A stretch of 24,994 nt of DNA from Octopus sinensis (GCF_006345805.1 NW_021836515.1:1-24994), one strand, 5' to 3'. Counted from the stretch's first letter, positions 1 to 10,417 are shown. Program-made: numbers and translations. Notes: generated by a model from the letters alone, not told the origin.

Positions 1-207
1 ATCGTCCAATGTCTTAAGCACTTCCAAACGGTCTTGATGACAAGACAAACTCTTAATCCAGTCGTACGTACAAGATTATCCACAATGAGATTATCCTTCT
101 GGTCTCCAAGGGCGGTAGTGTGCGATTTCGAAGAGATTTAACTGCTATTTCTAGCAGACCAATTGTCCATGTAATGAATCCTTTATTGGCTTGCACCGTT
201 TCTTGTG

Positions 208-266
208 GTTGTTGTTGTTGTTGTTGTTGTTGCTGTTGTTATTGTTGTTATTGTTGTTTTTTGTTG
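208..266. repeat. (GTT)n microsatellite
   Basis: Directly visible GTT run with a few variants. Confidence 0.9.
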
Positions 267-329
267 TTTTCCACAGCTGTTGTTCTTTGATGCTGTTGTC
301 TGATTCTGAGAGACTCTAGTTCTTTAATC

Positions 330-1000
330 ACACTCCACCGCCCTCACTCACACCCCGCTTCACTCACACTAGCACTCGCACTCACTTTCACACCATCCAC
401 GCCTCACTCACCCACTCGCGCACTCTGTTCTCTGCTCCCCCCCCACCCACACACACATACACCTCCACACCTCCACACACACACACACATACCTCCACGC
501 ACACACACACCTCCACACACACACACCTCCACCTCCACACACACGCACACACACGCACACACGGCATGTGAACACCTAAACACACACACACACATACACA
601 CCTCCACACACACACACAATTCCACACACACACACCTCCACGCACACACGCACAGGCATGTGAACACCTAAACACACACACACACAACACACCTCCACAC
701 ACACACACCATACACACCTCCACACACACACACAATTCCACACACACACACCTCCACACACACACACCTCCACACACACACACACGCACAGGCATGTGAA
801 CACCTAAACACAAACACACACATTCGCTCACATACCCACACACAAACTTTTAACCGAAGGTACACACACACACACACACTCTCACACACACATACACACA
901 CTCACACATCCACACACACACTCACACATACATGCATACAGACACACATGCATATGGACATACATACACACATGCACACATTCAAATACAGTGGTTCATA
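330..1000. repeat. CA-rich compound microsatellite/minisatellite
   Basis: (CA)n and CACCTC units. The embedded motif GGCATGTGAACACCTAAACAC recurs at 563, 655 and 791. Confidence 0.9.
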
Positions 1001-1039
1001 TACGCATACACGCAATGGTGCCAGCACTTTTAAACACTC

Positions 1040-1280
1040 AGCCATATATACACACACACATTCATAATATATATATATATACACATACAAACACACAGAG
1101 GCAAACATTACATACATGCAAACACACACAATAATACAGGCACATACCTGCACTGACACACACACACACACATATATATGTGTATATATATATATAAATA
1201 TGTATGTGTGTGGGTGTGGTATATATATATATACACACACACATTACATATACCTACATTTATGTATATACTCATACACC

Positions 1281-1311
<31 letters not shown>

Positions 1312-1540
1312 GTGTGTATATATATATAAATATGTGTGTGTATATAAATATGTATATAAATATATATGTGTGTATATAAATATGTGTGTGTATATATATA
1401 TATACACACATACACATGTGTGTGTATATATACATACACACATACATATACCTACATTTATGTATATACTCATACACACACAACACACATACATACAGGT
1501 ACAAGCACACACATACAAACACACACACACACATACACGC
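1040..1540. repeat. (TA)n/(CA)n compound microsatellite with ~198-bp internal duplication
   Basis: CATATACCTACATTTATGTATATACTCATACAC occurs at 1247 and 1445. Confidence 0.85.
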
Positions 1541-1719
1541 GTGGTGCGTACACCTTACCAACCTACCTGTCTAAAAGCGTATCTAACAACCAGCACCGAC
1601 CCACCCACGACCACCACCCCTACCAAACCCTACACACACACACACACACGCACAAACTAAGGATGGTGTGTGATGCTGGCGAGAAGTCGGCAGGGGTGGC
1701 GGAGTGGGGTAGATATTTA

Positions 1720-2925
1720 TAGTGATGGCGGCAGCGGTGGTGGTGGTGGTTGGTGGTGGTGGTGGTGATGGTTTTTATGCCGGTAGTGGTTAATAATTGT
1801 GTTGGTAGTGGTGGTGGTAGTAGTGATGGTGATGCTGGTGGTGGTGGTGGTGGTGATGATGACAATGGAGTACATGGTGATGGTGATGGTGGGGAGGGCG
1901 GAGGAGAGGGTTTGATGGTGGTGGTGATGGTGGGGAGGGCGGATGAGAGGGTTTGATGGTGGTGGTGATGGTGGTGGTGGTGGTTTTGGTGGTGGTGGTG
2001 GTGGTGGCGTTGATGATGATGTTGATGGTGGTGGTGGTGGCGTTGATGATGAAGTTGATGATGATGGTGATGGTGGTGTTGATGACAGCAGTATTGATGA
2101 TGGTGGTGGTGGTGGTGATGAGGATGCTGGTGGTTGATAATTGCAGTAGCAATGGTGGTGGTGGTGGTGGTGATGGTAGGTCTAGTGATAGTGATGGTGA
2201 GCTGAGGGTGATTCTGATGGGTAGGCTAGGTGTAGAAGAAACCATGATGGTGATGTAGGGGAGGTGGCAGGGATGCTGGGGTGGGGTGGTGATGATGGTG
2301 GTCGTGGTGGTCATGGTGGTGGTGCATAGGGTCGTGGTTAGATTGGGGGTCATGGGAAGAGGGGGCTGGTGATGATGATGATGATGATGATGATCACAGT
2401 GGTGGTGGTGGTGAAGTTTATATTGTTGCTGATGATGATGATGAGGAGGATCATCCCCATTATCATCATCATCATCATCATCATTATCAACATAATTACC
2501 ATCATAATTAATCACCATGGTCATTGTTACCATCAACACCATCGTCATCATCACCGTTGTCAGCATCCCCATCAACATCTCCATCATTAACATCACCACC
2601 ACCATCATCAGTGCTATCATCATCATCATCATCATCACCACCACCATCACTACCATTAACATCACTGTCAGCGTCATCACTGCTGCTGCCACCACCACCA
2701 CCACCAATATCACCGACACCACCACCACAACCATTATCATCATCACCACCATCATCACCACCACCACCACCTACTCCACCATTATCATCATCAACACCAT
2801 CATCACCACCACTACCACCACCACCATTATCATCATCACCACCACCAATACCATTGCTACCACTACCACCACCGCCATCATCATCACCATCCCCACCATC
2901 ACCATCACGGTGGTGGTGCTGATGG
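1720..2925. repeat. Degenerate trinucleotide block: (GGT/GAT)n switching to (CAT/CAC)n at ~2450
   Basis: Visible composition switch at 2443-2455. Confidence 0.9.
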
Positions 2926-3106
2926 TATTTAGGTCGGTTGTTGTGTTTGAAGCGTAAAGTTAAGTTTGGTTGGCTGCTTTCTTGCACGCACATACACATG
3001 CATATTAACACAGACACATACATACATCTATATACACACACACAAACACACAAACACACACACACCTACACAGACTTATACACACACACACACACATATA
3101 TATATA

Positions 3107-3200
3107 GACATACATGCATCTACCTACACGCATGCATAAACCTACACAAATACATACATACATATACACACACACTTATATATATATGTATATATACAGA

Positions 3201-3247
<47 letters not shown>

Positions 3248-3307
3248 ATACATATACATATAGGTGGCAACTATACATATATATATGTGTATGTATGTAT
3301 GTAAACA

Positions 3308-3372
<65 letters not shown>

Positions 3373-3464
3373 CATACATGCATCTACCTACACGCATGCA
3401 TAAACCTACACAAATACATACATACATATACACACACACTTATATATATATGTATATATACAGA

Positions 3465-3517
<53 letters not shown>

Positions 3518-3578
3518 ATACATATACATATAGGTGGCAACTATACATATATATATGTGTATGTATGTATGTAAACAC

Positions 3579-3618
<40 letters not shown>

Positions 3619-3692
3619 CATACATGCATCTACCTACACAAATACATACATACATATACACACACACTTATATATATATGTATATATACAGA

Positions 3693-3725
<33 letters not shown>

Positions 3726-3795
3726 TACACAATACATACATATACATATAGGTGGCAACTATACATATATATATGTGTATGTATGTATGTAAACA

Positions 3796-3842
<47 letters not shown>

Positions 3843-3926
3843 CATACATGCATCTACCTACACAAATACATACATACATATACACACACACTTATATATA
3901 TATGTATATATACAGATATATGTGTG

Positions 3927-3965
<39 letters not shown>

Positions 3966-4028
3966 TACATACATATACATATAGGTGGCAACTATACATA
4001 TATATATGTGTATGTATGTATGTAAACA

Positions 4029-4065
<37 letters not shown>
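3107..4065. repeat. Four-copy tandem array of ~220-270-bp microsatellite-built units
   Basis: Unit start GACATACATGCATCTACCTACAC at 3107, 3371, 3617, 3841. Marker GGTGGCAACT at 3263, 3533, 3751, 3984. Confidence 0.9.
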
Positions 4066-4069
<4 letters not shown>

Positions 4070-4186
4070 CATATGCATACATCAATATACACACATATCT
4101 ATTAAGATACATGAACACATCTATATATACAGAAATACCCACCCACACACACACACATGCTCACACACTTATATGTGTGTGTGTGC

Positions 4187-4234
<48 letters not shown>

Positions 4235-4661
4235 TTGCAAGCATATACAGGACTACTGAGATAGATATATCCGTCAATAGCTATTTCTGCATGTATCTAA
4301 TATATATACACACATAAGCATATCACTATAGGAACATACACATACCTATAGAAATACACACATATCAGACACATACGCATATCCATAAAGACACATACAC
4401 ATGTCTATAGAAATGCAAAGATTGCAATCACAATGAAACATATACACATTACAGACACAACTATATATACATACAGACTGTGCTTTCCAAAGTGGAGGCA
4501 AACAACATTCTCCATGTGGTCAGCTTGAAAAATTGTTAAGACACTATTTTACTTAGCATGAAACAACTGGTAGCCTTAATTCACAAATAAAGAAATCATA
4601 TCCACCAATGCCTTGTGAAGCACTCATTTTTATCATTCAACATTTATGTGATAATAAATCT

Positions 4662-4694
4662 CTGATGACGGGTCAATACCTAGAAACCCGGGTC
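4662..4694 (+). ncRNA. Degenerate minimal hammerhead ribozyme-like motif
   Basis: CTGATGA (4662-4668), stem GGGT/ACCT, GAAA (4683-4686), stem III AC/GT with palindromic CCGG loop, GUC triplet. Proximal stem I does not pair. Confidence 0.4.
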
Positions 4695-4850
4695 CATGTG
4701 TATCACGTCAGGTTGAAGATGGGAAGGATGATTTACCTTTGCAAATACTGATAGGGCACAGAAAGTCAATAGCCAGCTGGAGGAGCTGTCCTCCTGGGGC
4801 TACAAGCTACAGTAACATCCACCCTAAAGTGTTAGGCACATTTAAGTGGC

Positions 4851-4940
4851 AAATATACTTCACGATATATATATATATATATCGTGAAGTATATTTATAT
4901 ATATTGTGAAGTATATTTATATATATTGTGAAGTATATAT
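4851..4940. repeat. Perfect 46-bp palindrome followed by tandem 22-bp copies of its right arm
   Basis: AAATATACTTCACG-(AT)9-CGTGAAGTATATTT at 4851-4896, then ATATATATTGTGAAGTATATTT repeated. Confidence 0.9.
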
Positions 4941-5058
4941 ATATATACACAAGTGTGAGAGTTTAGTTCACAGGTGATCTAAACAATTAGGAATGCTAGG
5001 TAAGTGCTTTATAGATTACTAGATTCAGTAATCTATACCCTTCTCATTTTCCCTCTTT

Positions 5059-5114
5059 GTCTCTGATGATGGAATATCCCATACTCTGGGATATCCCAGA
5101 AACAACTGTAAGAC
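5059..5114 (+). ncRNA. Minimal type I hammerhead ribozyme (predicted)
   Basis: Stem I GTCT/AGAC. Core CTGATGA 5063-5069. Stem II 5070-5081 pairs with 5087-5098 (11 of 12 pairs). GAAA 5099-5102. Stem III AC/GT with AACT loop. GUA triplet with predicted cleavage after 5110. Confidence 0.7.
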
Positions 5115-5224
5115 TTTGAATTTTTTTCTAATAATAATAACAATGTATATGACTTGAGATGTTTGTCTTGCCTTAACGTTTGTTGTCCTCTTTAGCAATT
5201 ATATATGCTCAAAGATTAGTAGTG

Positions 5225-5557
5225 TGTTGTGTCCTTGAGCAAGAAACTTTATGTCATGTTGCTCCAGTCAAATCAGCTTGCAATAATGAGTTGTACCAGT
5301 AATTCAAAGGGACCAGCCTTGTCACATCTGGTGGTGGTAGCGGTGCTGGTAATACACAAGATCATGGTTAGATGGGTGGTGGTCGTGGGGGTTGGGGTTA
5401 GGGTGGAGAATGGTGAGGGTTATGCTGCTGCTGATGATGATGATGATGCAGAGGAGGACGACGATCATCATCATCATATCATCATCATCACTGTAATCAA
5501 TATTAACATTATCGCCATCATGATAATCACCATCATCATCAACATCACCATCAATAT

Positions 5558-5591
<34 letters not shown>

Positions 5592-5905
5592 GTCATCATC
5601 ATCAACATCATCATCATCAACATCATCATCATCATCAACATCATCATCAACATCGTCGTCATCATCTCCATCATCATCATCAGCATCATCAGCATCCACA
5701 TCTTCATTATCCCCACCCCCACCTCCACCATTGTCACTATCATCATCATCATCATCACCTGTAATTCAAAGGGGCCACTCCGTGTCACGCTGAATCTCCC
5801 TGAGAACTACGTTAAGGGCACGCATGTCTGTGGAGTGCTCAGCTGCTTGCACATTAATTTCATACGCAGGCAGTTCCATTGATTGGATGAACTGGAACCC
5901 TCATA
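5225..5905 (+). mobile_element. Headless SINE body (CORE-like) interrupted by a trinucleotide block at ~5330-5757
   Basis: GTGTCCTTGAGCAAG resembles the CORE-SINE motif and is similar to 17063-17090. The sequence resumes after the microsatellite, with GTAATTCAAAGGG duplicated on both sides. Confidence 0.55.
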
Positions 5906-6732
5906 TATGTGTGAGTGCACATACATGCATGGGAAGTTGCGGAAGAGGGTGACCCAGGATGCCTGCTCTACACCTGTTGCTAAAACTGCAAGTCAGAATA
6001 AACAACATTCTCAGTACGATGATTCCATACTAATTTTGGGATCAATTTAGTACATTTTTAGAAGAATTATATGTTCATTTAGTAATGAGTTCACCCATTT
6101 CTTGAAATTCTGGCTCAAACTCGATATTCAAAGCCTTGGATTTGTACTACATTTGACCTCCTGTTGCACAGTAGCATCAACATACCAATCTCTTTATTGA
6201 CCTTGTACGTTTTTGCCATATTATGACCAGATTTGGTATTGATCATATTGAATTCACAAAAAATTTCTATTTCTTGTGATATAAAAATCTTGAAGAAAAT
6301 ATGTTCTTTTCTAAGTGAGAATTAACCGTAAAATTTTCACTTTTATATTTCATAACAGTTATCAAACCTGTCTCCATCAATTTTGGTATCAAAACTAGAC
6401 TACTCGTGACCCATTGGGTCACTGACTGTTCAGGTTATAAAACATTGAAGCTGATTTCAACATTGCACTGAAATGGAAGTTAATTTTATGATGATTCAGT
6501 TAAATATTTCAATTCGTTTGTGTCATCATAGGTCTGGTTTACAAGTTCATATTTCAGGTTTTATTGATTATTTACAGCATCAAATAGAAATAGAACTTCT
6601 GGGATAAACTTAAACTCCAGTAACAGCATCTATTCATGGTATATATTCACACTTCTACAAAAATGCCACAGGAATGGTTATATAGTGTAAACATAAAATG
6701 AATGGAAACAATTTTCCTGTTTCAGGGCTATG

Positions 6733-7057
6733 TTACTTTCAGAGTATTTTCCCATTATGCACCATTTTGGCTATTTATGAAGGTACCCCCAAGAAACTGC
6801 CTCTCTCAGGAATCCATGATCCAATTCACACGAAACTTGTTTTATTCCATTTGTATTCACATTTTGGGTGTACCTTACTTTCAGAGTATTTTCCCATTAT
6901 GCACTATTTTGGCTATTTATGAAGGTACCCCCAAGAAACTGCCTCTCTCAGGAATCCGTGATCCGATTCACACGAAACTTGTTTTATTCGTTTGTATTCA
7001 CATATTGAGTGTACCTTACTTTCAGAGTATTTTCCCATTATGCCCTGATTTTGGCTG
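6733..7057. repeat. ~141-bp tandem repeat, about 2.3 copies, unclassified
   Basis: TTACTTTCAGAGTATTT begins at 6733, 6875 and 7016, and the units are highly similar. Confidence 0.9.
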
Positions 7058-7603
7058 TATTTAATTACAGACAAGCACGCAAACAAAACAGGCACAACTA
7101 CAGATGTTAACCCCTTGACTTTGTTGCCTTATAAGTTCCACAAAAATGGTTAGATTTTAATGAAATTTTCAAAAAATACTGCTCAGATGATGTGGCTTCA
7201 GAGTATATAGAGATTTATAGGAAATAATTTTTTCAAGGGGATGGAGAGAGGAGTTTCGGAAAATTCACATGATCTGACTTTTTTCCCTCATAACTTTCAG
7301 GAAAATAGATATCTTTTAATGAAATTATATACAAATATCTTTCAAACACCATAGATTAACGACTATAAAGAAATTTGTAGGGAAAATTTTTTCCAAGGGG
7401 GTCCGGAGAGGAGTTTTGAAAAACGATGTTTCGGATCAGGAAGACCAAATAAGTTGGAACTACTCCATTTTGACAGGGATTCCTCCCCCCTTTTTTTAAA
7501 CTACAGCCTTGGAAATGGTAATTGGCAATGATGTAGATAGGGAACACCTTTTTATGAAAATAAGTTTTTAAAATTTTTTGTACACCCCACCTTCTCCCAC
7601 ATC

Positions 7604-7786
7604 ATCGCTTGACAACCGATGCTGGTGTGTTTACATCCCCTTAACTTAGTGGTTCGGCAAAAGAGACCGATAGAATAAGTACTAAGCTTCCAGAGAATAA
7701 GTCCTGGGGTCGATTTGCTCGACTAAAGGCGGTGCTCCAGCATGGCCGCAGTCAAATGACTGAAACAATTAAAAGAGGAAAAGAGA
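7604..7786 (+). mobile_element. SINE family 1, 3' half only
   Basis: Matches the 3' half of the full copies at 7832-8240 and 10620-11029. Confidence 0.85.
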
Positions 7787-7831
7787 GTACCTTTGTTTCA
7801 ATTATCGTTAAAAATAATGAATAATTATAAT

Positions 7832-8240
7832 AGGCGTAGGAGTGGCTGTGTGGTAAGTAGCTTGCTTACCAACCACATGGTTCCGGGTTCAGTCCCACTG
7901 CGTGGCACCTTGGGCAAGTGTCTTCTACTATAGCCTCGGGCCGACCAAAGCCTTTGTGAGTGGATTTGGTAGACAGAAACTGAAAGAAGCCCGTCGTATA
8001 TATGTATATATACTGTGTGTGTGTGTTATGTTTGTGTGTCTGTTTTGTCCCCCTAGCATTGCTTGACAACCGATGCTGGTGTGTTTACGTCCCCATCACT
8101 TAGTGGTTCGGCAAAAAGAGACCGTTAGAATAAGTACTGGGCTTACAAAGAATAAGTCCCGGGGTCGATTTGCTCGACTAAAGGCGGTGCTCCAGCATGG
8201 CCGCAGTCAAGTGACTGAAACAATTAAAAGAGGAAAAGAG
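7832..8240 (+). mobile_element. tRNA-derived SINE family 1, full length (CORE-like domain, central TA/TG microsatellite)
   Basis: A-box-like TGGCTGTGTGG (7843-7853), B-box-like GGTTCAGTCC (7886-7895), CCTTGGGCAAGT CORE-like motif, AAAAGAG tail. Multiple copies occur in the window. Confidence 0.85.
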
Positions 8241-8470
8241 AGTACCTTTGTTTCAATTATCGTTAAGAATAATGAATAATTAAGTCAATTAGCTTTGTCT
8301 TTTTTAAGCTGGTGTTTGGAACAAAAATTGAAAAGGAATTTTAAAACAGGTTTTAATTTAAATTACTTTAAGCCTTCGTCACCATATTTTTGATGAAACA
8401 CATTGTCTTTGTTTTAATAAGTTTTCAAAATAATTAATTTAGGAAGATAACATTGTTCTTATTAAGTCGA
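8241..8470 (+). repeat. AT-rich dispersed repeat (family F, probable TTAA MITE fragments)
   Basis: Shares TTTGTTTCAATT...AATAATGAA...GCTGGTGTTTGGAAC...GGTTTTAATTTA motifs with 9765-10029 and 11029-11130. Confidence 0.55.
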
Positions 8471-8474
8471 TGTT

Positions 8475-9258
8475 TAAGGCAGTGAGCTGGCAGAATCATT
8501 AGCACGCCGGGCGAAATGCCTAGCGGTATTTCGTCTGCCGCTACGTTCTGAGTTCAAATTCCGCCGAGGTTGACTTTGCCTTTCATCCCTTCGGGGTTGA
8601 TTAAATAAGTACCAGTTACACACTGGGGTCGATATAATCGACTTAATACCTATGTCTGTCCTTGTTTGTCCCCTCTGTGTTTAGCCCCTTGTGGGTAGTA
8701 AAGAAAGGTATTTCGTCTACTACTACGTTCTGAGTTCAAATTCTGCCGAGGTTGACTTTGCCTTTCATCCTTTCGGAGTCAATTAAACAAGTACCAGTTA
8801 CGCACTGGGGTCGATATAATCGACTCAATACCTATGTCTGTCCTTGTTTGTCCCCTCTGTGTTAAGCCCCTTGTGGGTAGTAAAGAAAGAGGTATTTCGT
8901 CTGTTTTTACATTCTGAGTTCAAATTCCGCCGAGGTTGACTTTGCCTTTCATCCTTTCAGTGTCAATTAAACAAGTACCAGTTACGCACTGAGGCCGATA
9001 TAATCGACTTAGTACCTATGTCTGTCTTTGTTTGTCCCCTCTGTGTTTAGCCCCTTGTAGGTAGTAAAGAAATAGGTATTTCGTCTGCCGCTTCGTTCTG
9101 AGTTCAAATTCCGTCGAGGTCGACTTTGCCTTTCATCCTTTCGGGGTCGATTAAATAAGTACCAGTTTCGCACTGGGGTCAATATAATCGACTTAATCCA
9201 TTTATCTGTCCTTGTTTGTCCTCTCTCTGTGTAGCCCCTTGTGGGTAGTAAAGAAATA
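8475..9258 (+). mobile_element. tRNA-derived SINE family 2: one head plus four tandem ~184-bp bodies
   Basis: Head TAAGGCAGTGAGCTGGCAGAA at 8475. Bodies start GGTATTTCGTCT at 8525, 8707, 8891 and 9075, each with B-box-like GAGTTCAAATTC. Confidence 0.85.
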
Positions 9259-9267
9259 AGTATTTAG

Positions 9268-9395
9268 CTGTATCAACTCCAGAAGAATGAAAAGCAAAGT
9301 TGGTTTTGGTATTTGAAGTCAGAAAGTAAAGCTGGAAAAAATGCCAGCCACAGCATTTTACCTGGTGCTAATGATTCTGCTGGCTAACTGCCCTA
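9268..9395 (-). mobile_element. Old SINE family 2 5' fragment
   Basis: Reverse complement reads TAGGGCAGTTAGCCAGCAGAATCATTAGCACC...CTTCAAATACC...AACTTTGCTTTTCATTCTT. Confidence 0.6.
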
Positions 9396-9580
9396 AACAC
9401 CAATTTAGTAAGGACAGTTATTTTTCTAATTGCTTTATTATCATTATTTTCATAATTAATTGAAACAAAGAGTGTATTTCAACAGGAATATGACGACAGA
9501 AAGCTGAAAGTGCTATACATTATCATTGTGCATTAAAATTTCATGCTTGATGTTTCTAACATCAATTTAATAACCCTTTC
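9396..9580 (-). repeat. Family F fragment, inverted
   Basis: ATAATTAATTGAAACAAAGAGTGTATTTCAACAGGAATATG is the reverse complement of the family F start. Confidence 0.5.
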
Positions 9581-9586
9581 AGCTAT

Positions 9587-9762
9587 AGGCACAAGGCCTG
9601 AAATTCGGTGGGAGAGGGCCAGTTGATTAGATCGACTCCAGTATGCATCTGATGCTTAATTTATTGATCCCAAAAGGATTCAAGGTAAAGTCGACCTTGG
9701 TGGAATTTGAACTCAGAACGTAAAAACAGACTAAAAACCTGTTTCTTTATTACCCACAAAAG
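9587..9762 (-). mobile_element. SINE family 2 body
   Basis: AAAGTCGACCTTGGTGGAATTTGAACTCAGAACG is the reverse complement of the family 2 body. Confidence 0.7.
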
Positions 9763-9764
9763 TA

Positions 9765-10029
9765 ATTGTTACCATATCAATGTTGAAATACTCTGTCTTT
9801 GTTTCAATTAATTTTGAAACTAATGTTGTTATTAAGATGGTTTTGGAACAAGTTTATACAGCATTTTGAAAGGTTTTAATTGCGATCACTTTAACCCTTT
9901 TGTTACCATATTTTTCTGTTGCCATTTGGATCATAAATAACATGAAATTTTGAAGGAAGATTTTAATTGAGATCATTATTAACCCTTTTGTTACCATATC
10001 TCTGTTGAAATACACAATCTATGTTTCAA
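9765..10029 (+). mobile_element. Three stacked truncated family F copies with TTAA-CCCTTTTG termini (piggyBac-like MITE)
   Basis: GTTACCATAT appears three times. TTAACCCTTTTGTTACC occurs at 9891 and 9979. Confidence 0.55.
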
Positions 10030-10417
10030 TCTATATATATAAAGCTGAAGTTGTCTGTGTATGGCAGGTTTGGTAGCCTTCAACTAACACTATCTCCTCC
10101 AAGAACCTGCGGCGTAAGTTGACCAAAATTGATAGTATGATAGAAGAAGGCTTGCTCTTCCTTCTGTAGAAGATATAATTTAAATCGGACCATGTTAACA
10201 CCAAAAATTATTTACATCAAAAAGGTGCTTTTTTCTATGAAAGTCCCTATTTTTTACGACTTTTTGACTGCTGTGTCGCCATTTTTCGGTGTATTTCAAC
10301 CAGGAAAATGTTCACTTAAATAGAATAACAAGCTACATAATGCAAAATTTTTACTTTTCAAAAATTCCAATTCTAAAGGGTCGAAATAAACCCAAGCAAT
10401 GCGGGCTATACTGCTGG
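10030..10417 (+). mobile_element. Helitron-like non-autonomous element
   Basis: 5' A|TC start (TCTATATATATAAAG), 3' CTGG|T end (CTRR), subterminal GC-rich segment. Confidence 0.65.

Noticed and set aside
2428-2450. CTGATGA occurrences inside GAT microsatellites (also ~5431, and TCATCAG at 17511 and 19410)
   Set aside because: No downstream GAAA in a closing stem II context.
388-4317. Many long ORFs (CV/HT/YI-rich, poly-Val/Met/Thr/Gly)
   Set aside because: They are translations of dinucleotide and trinucleotide microsatellites and are open in several frames on both strands.
5229-5882. 217-aa ORF with Asp/His/Ile runs
   Set aside because: It is SINE sequence plus a (GAT)/(CAT) block, with no protein-family signal.
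6698-7064. ORFs of 74 and 120 aa with repeated peptides
   Set aside because: The peptide repeats follow directly from the 141-bp DNA tandem repeat.
8525-9258. CRISPR-like regular repeats
   Set aside because: Units are whole ~184-bp SINE bodies with no unique spacers or cas genes, in a eukaryotic context.
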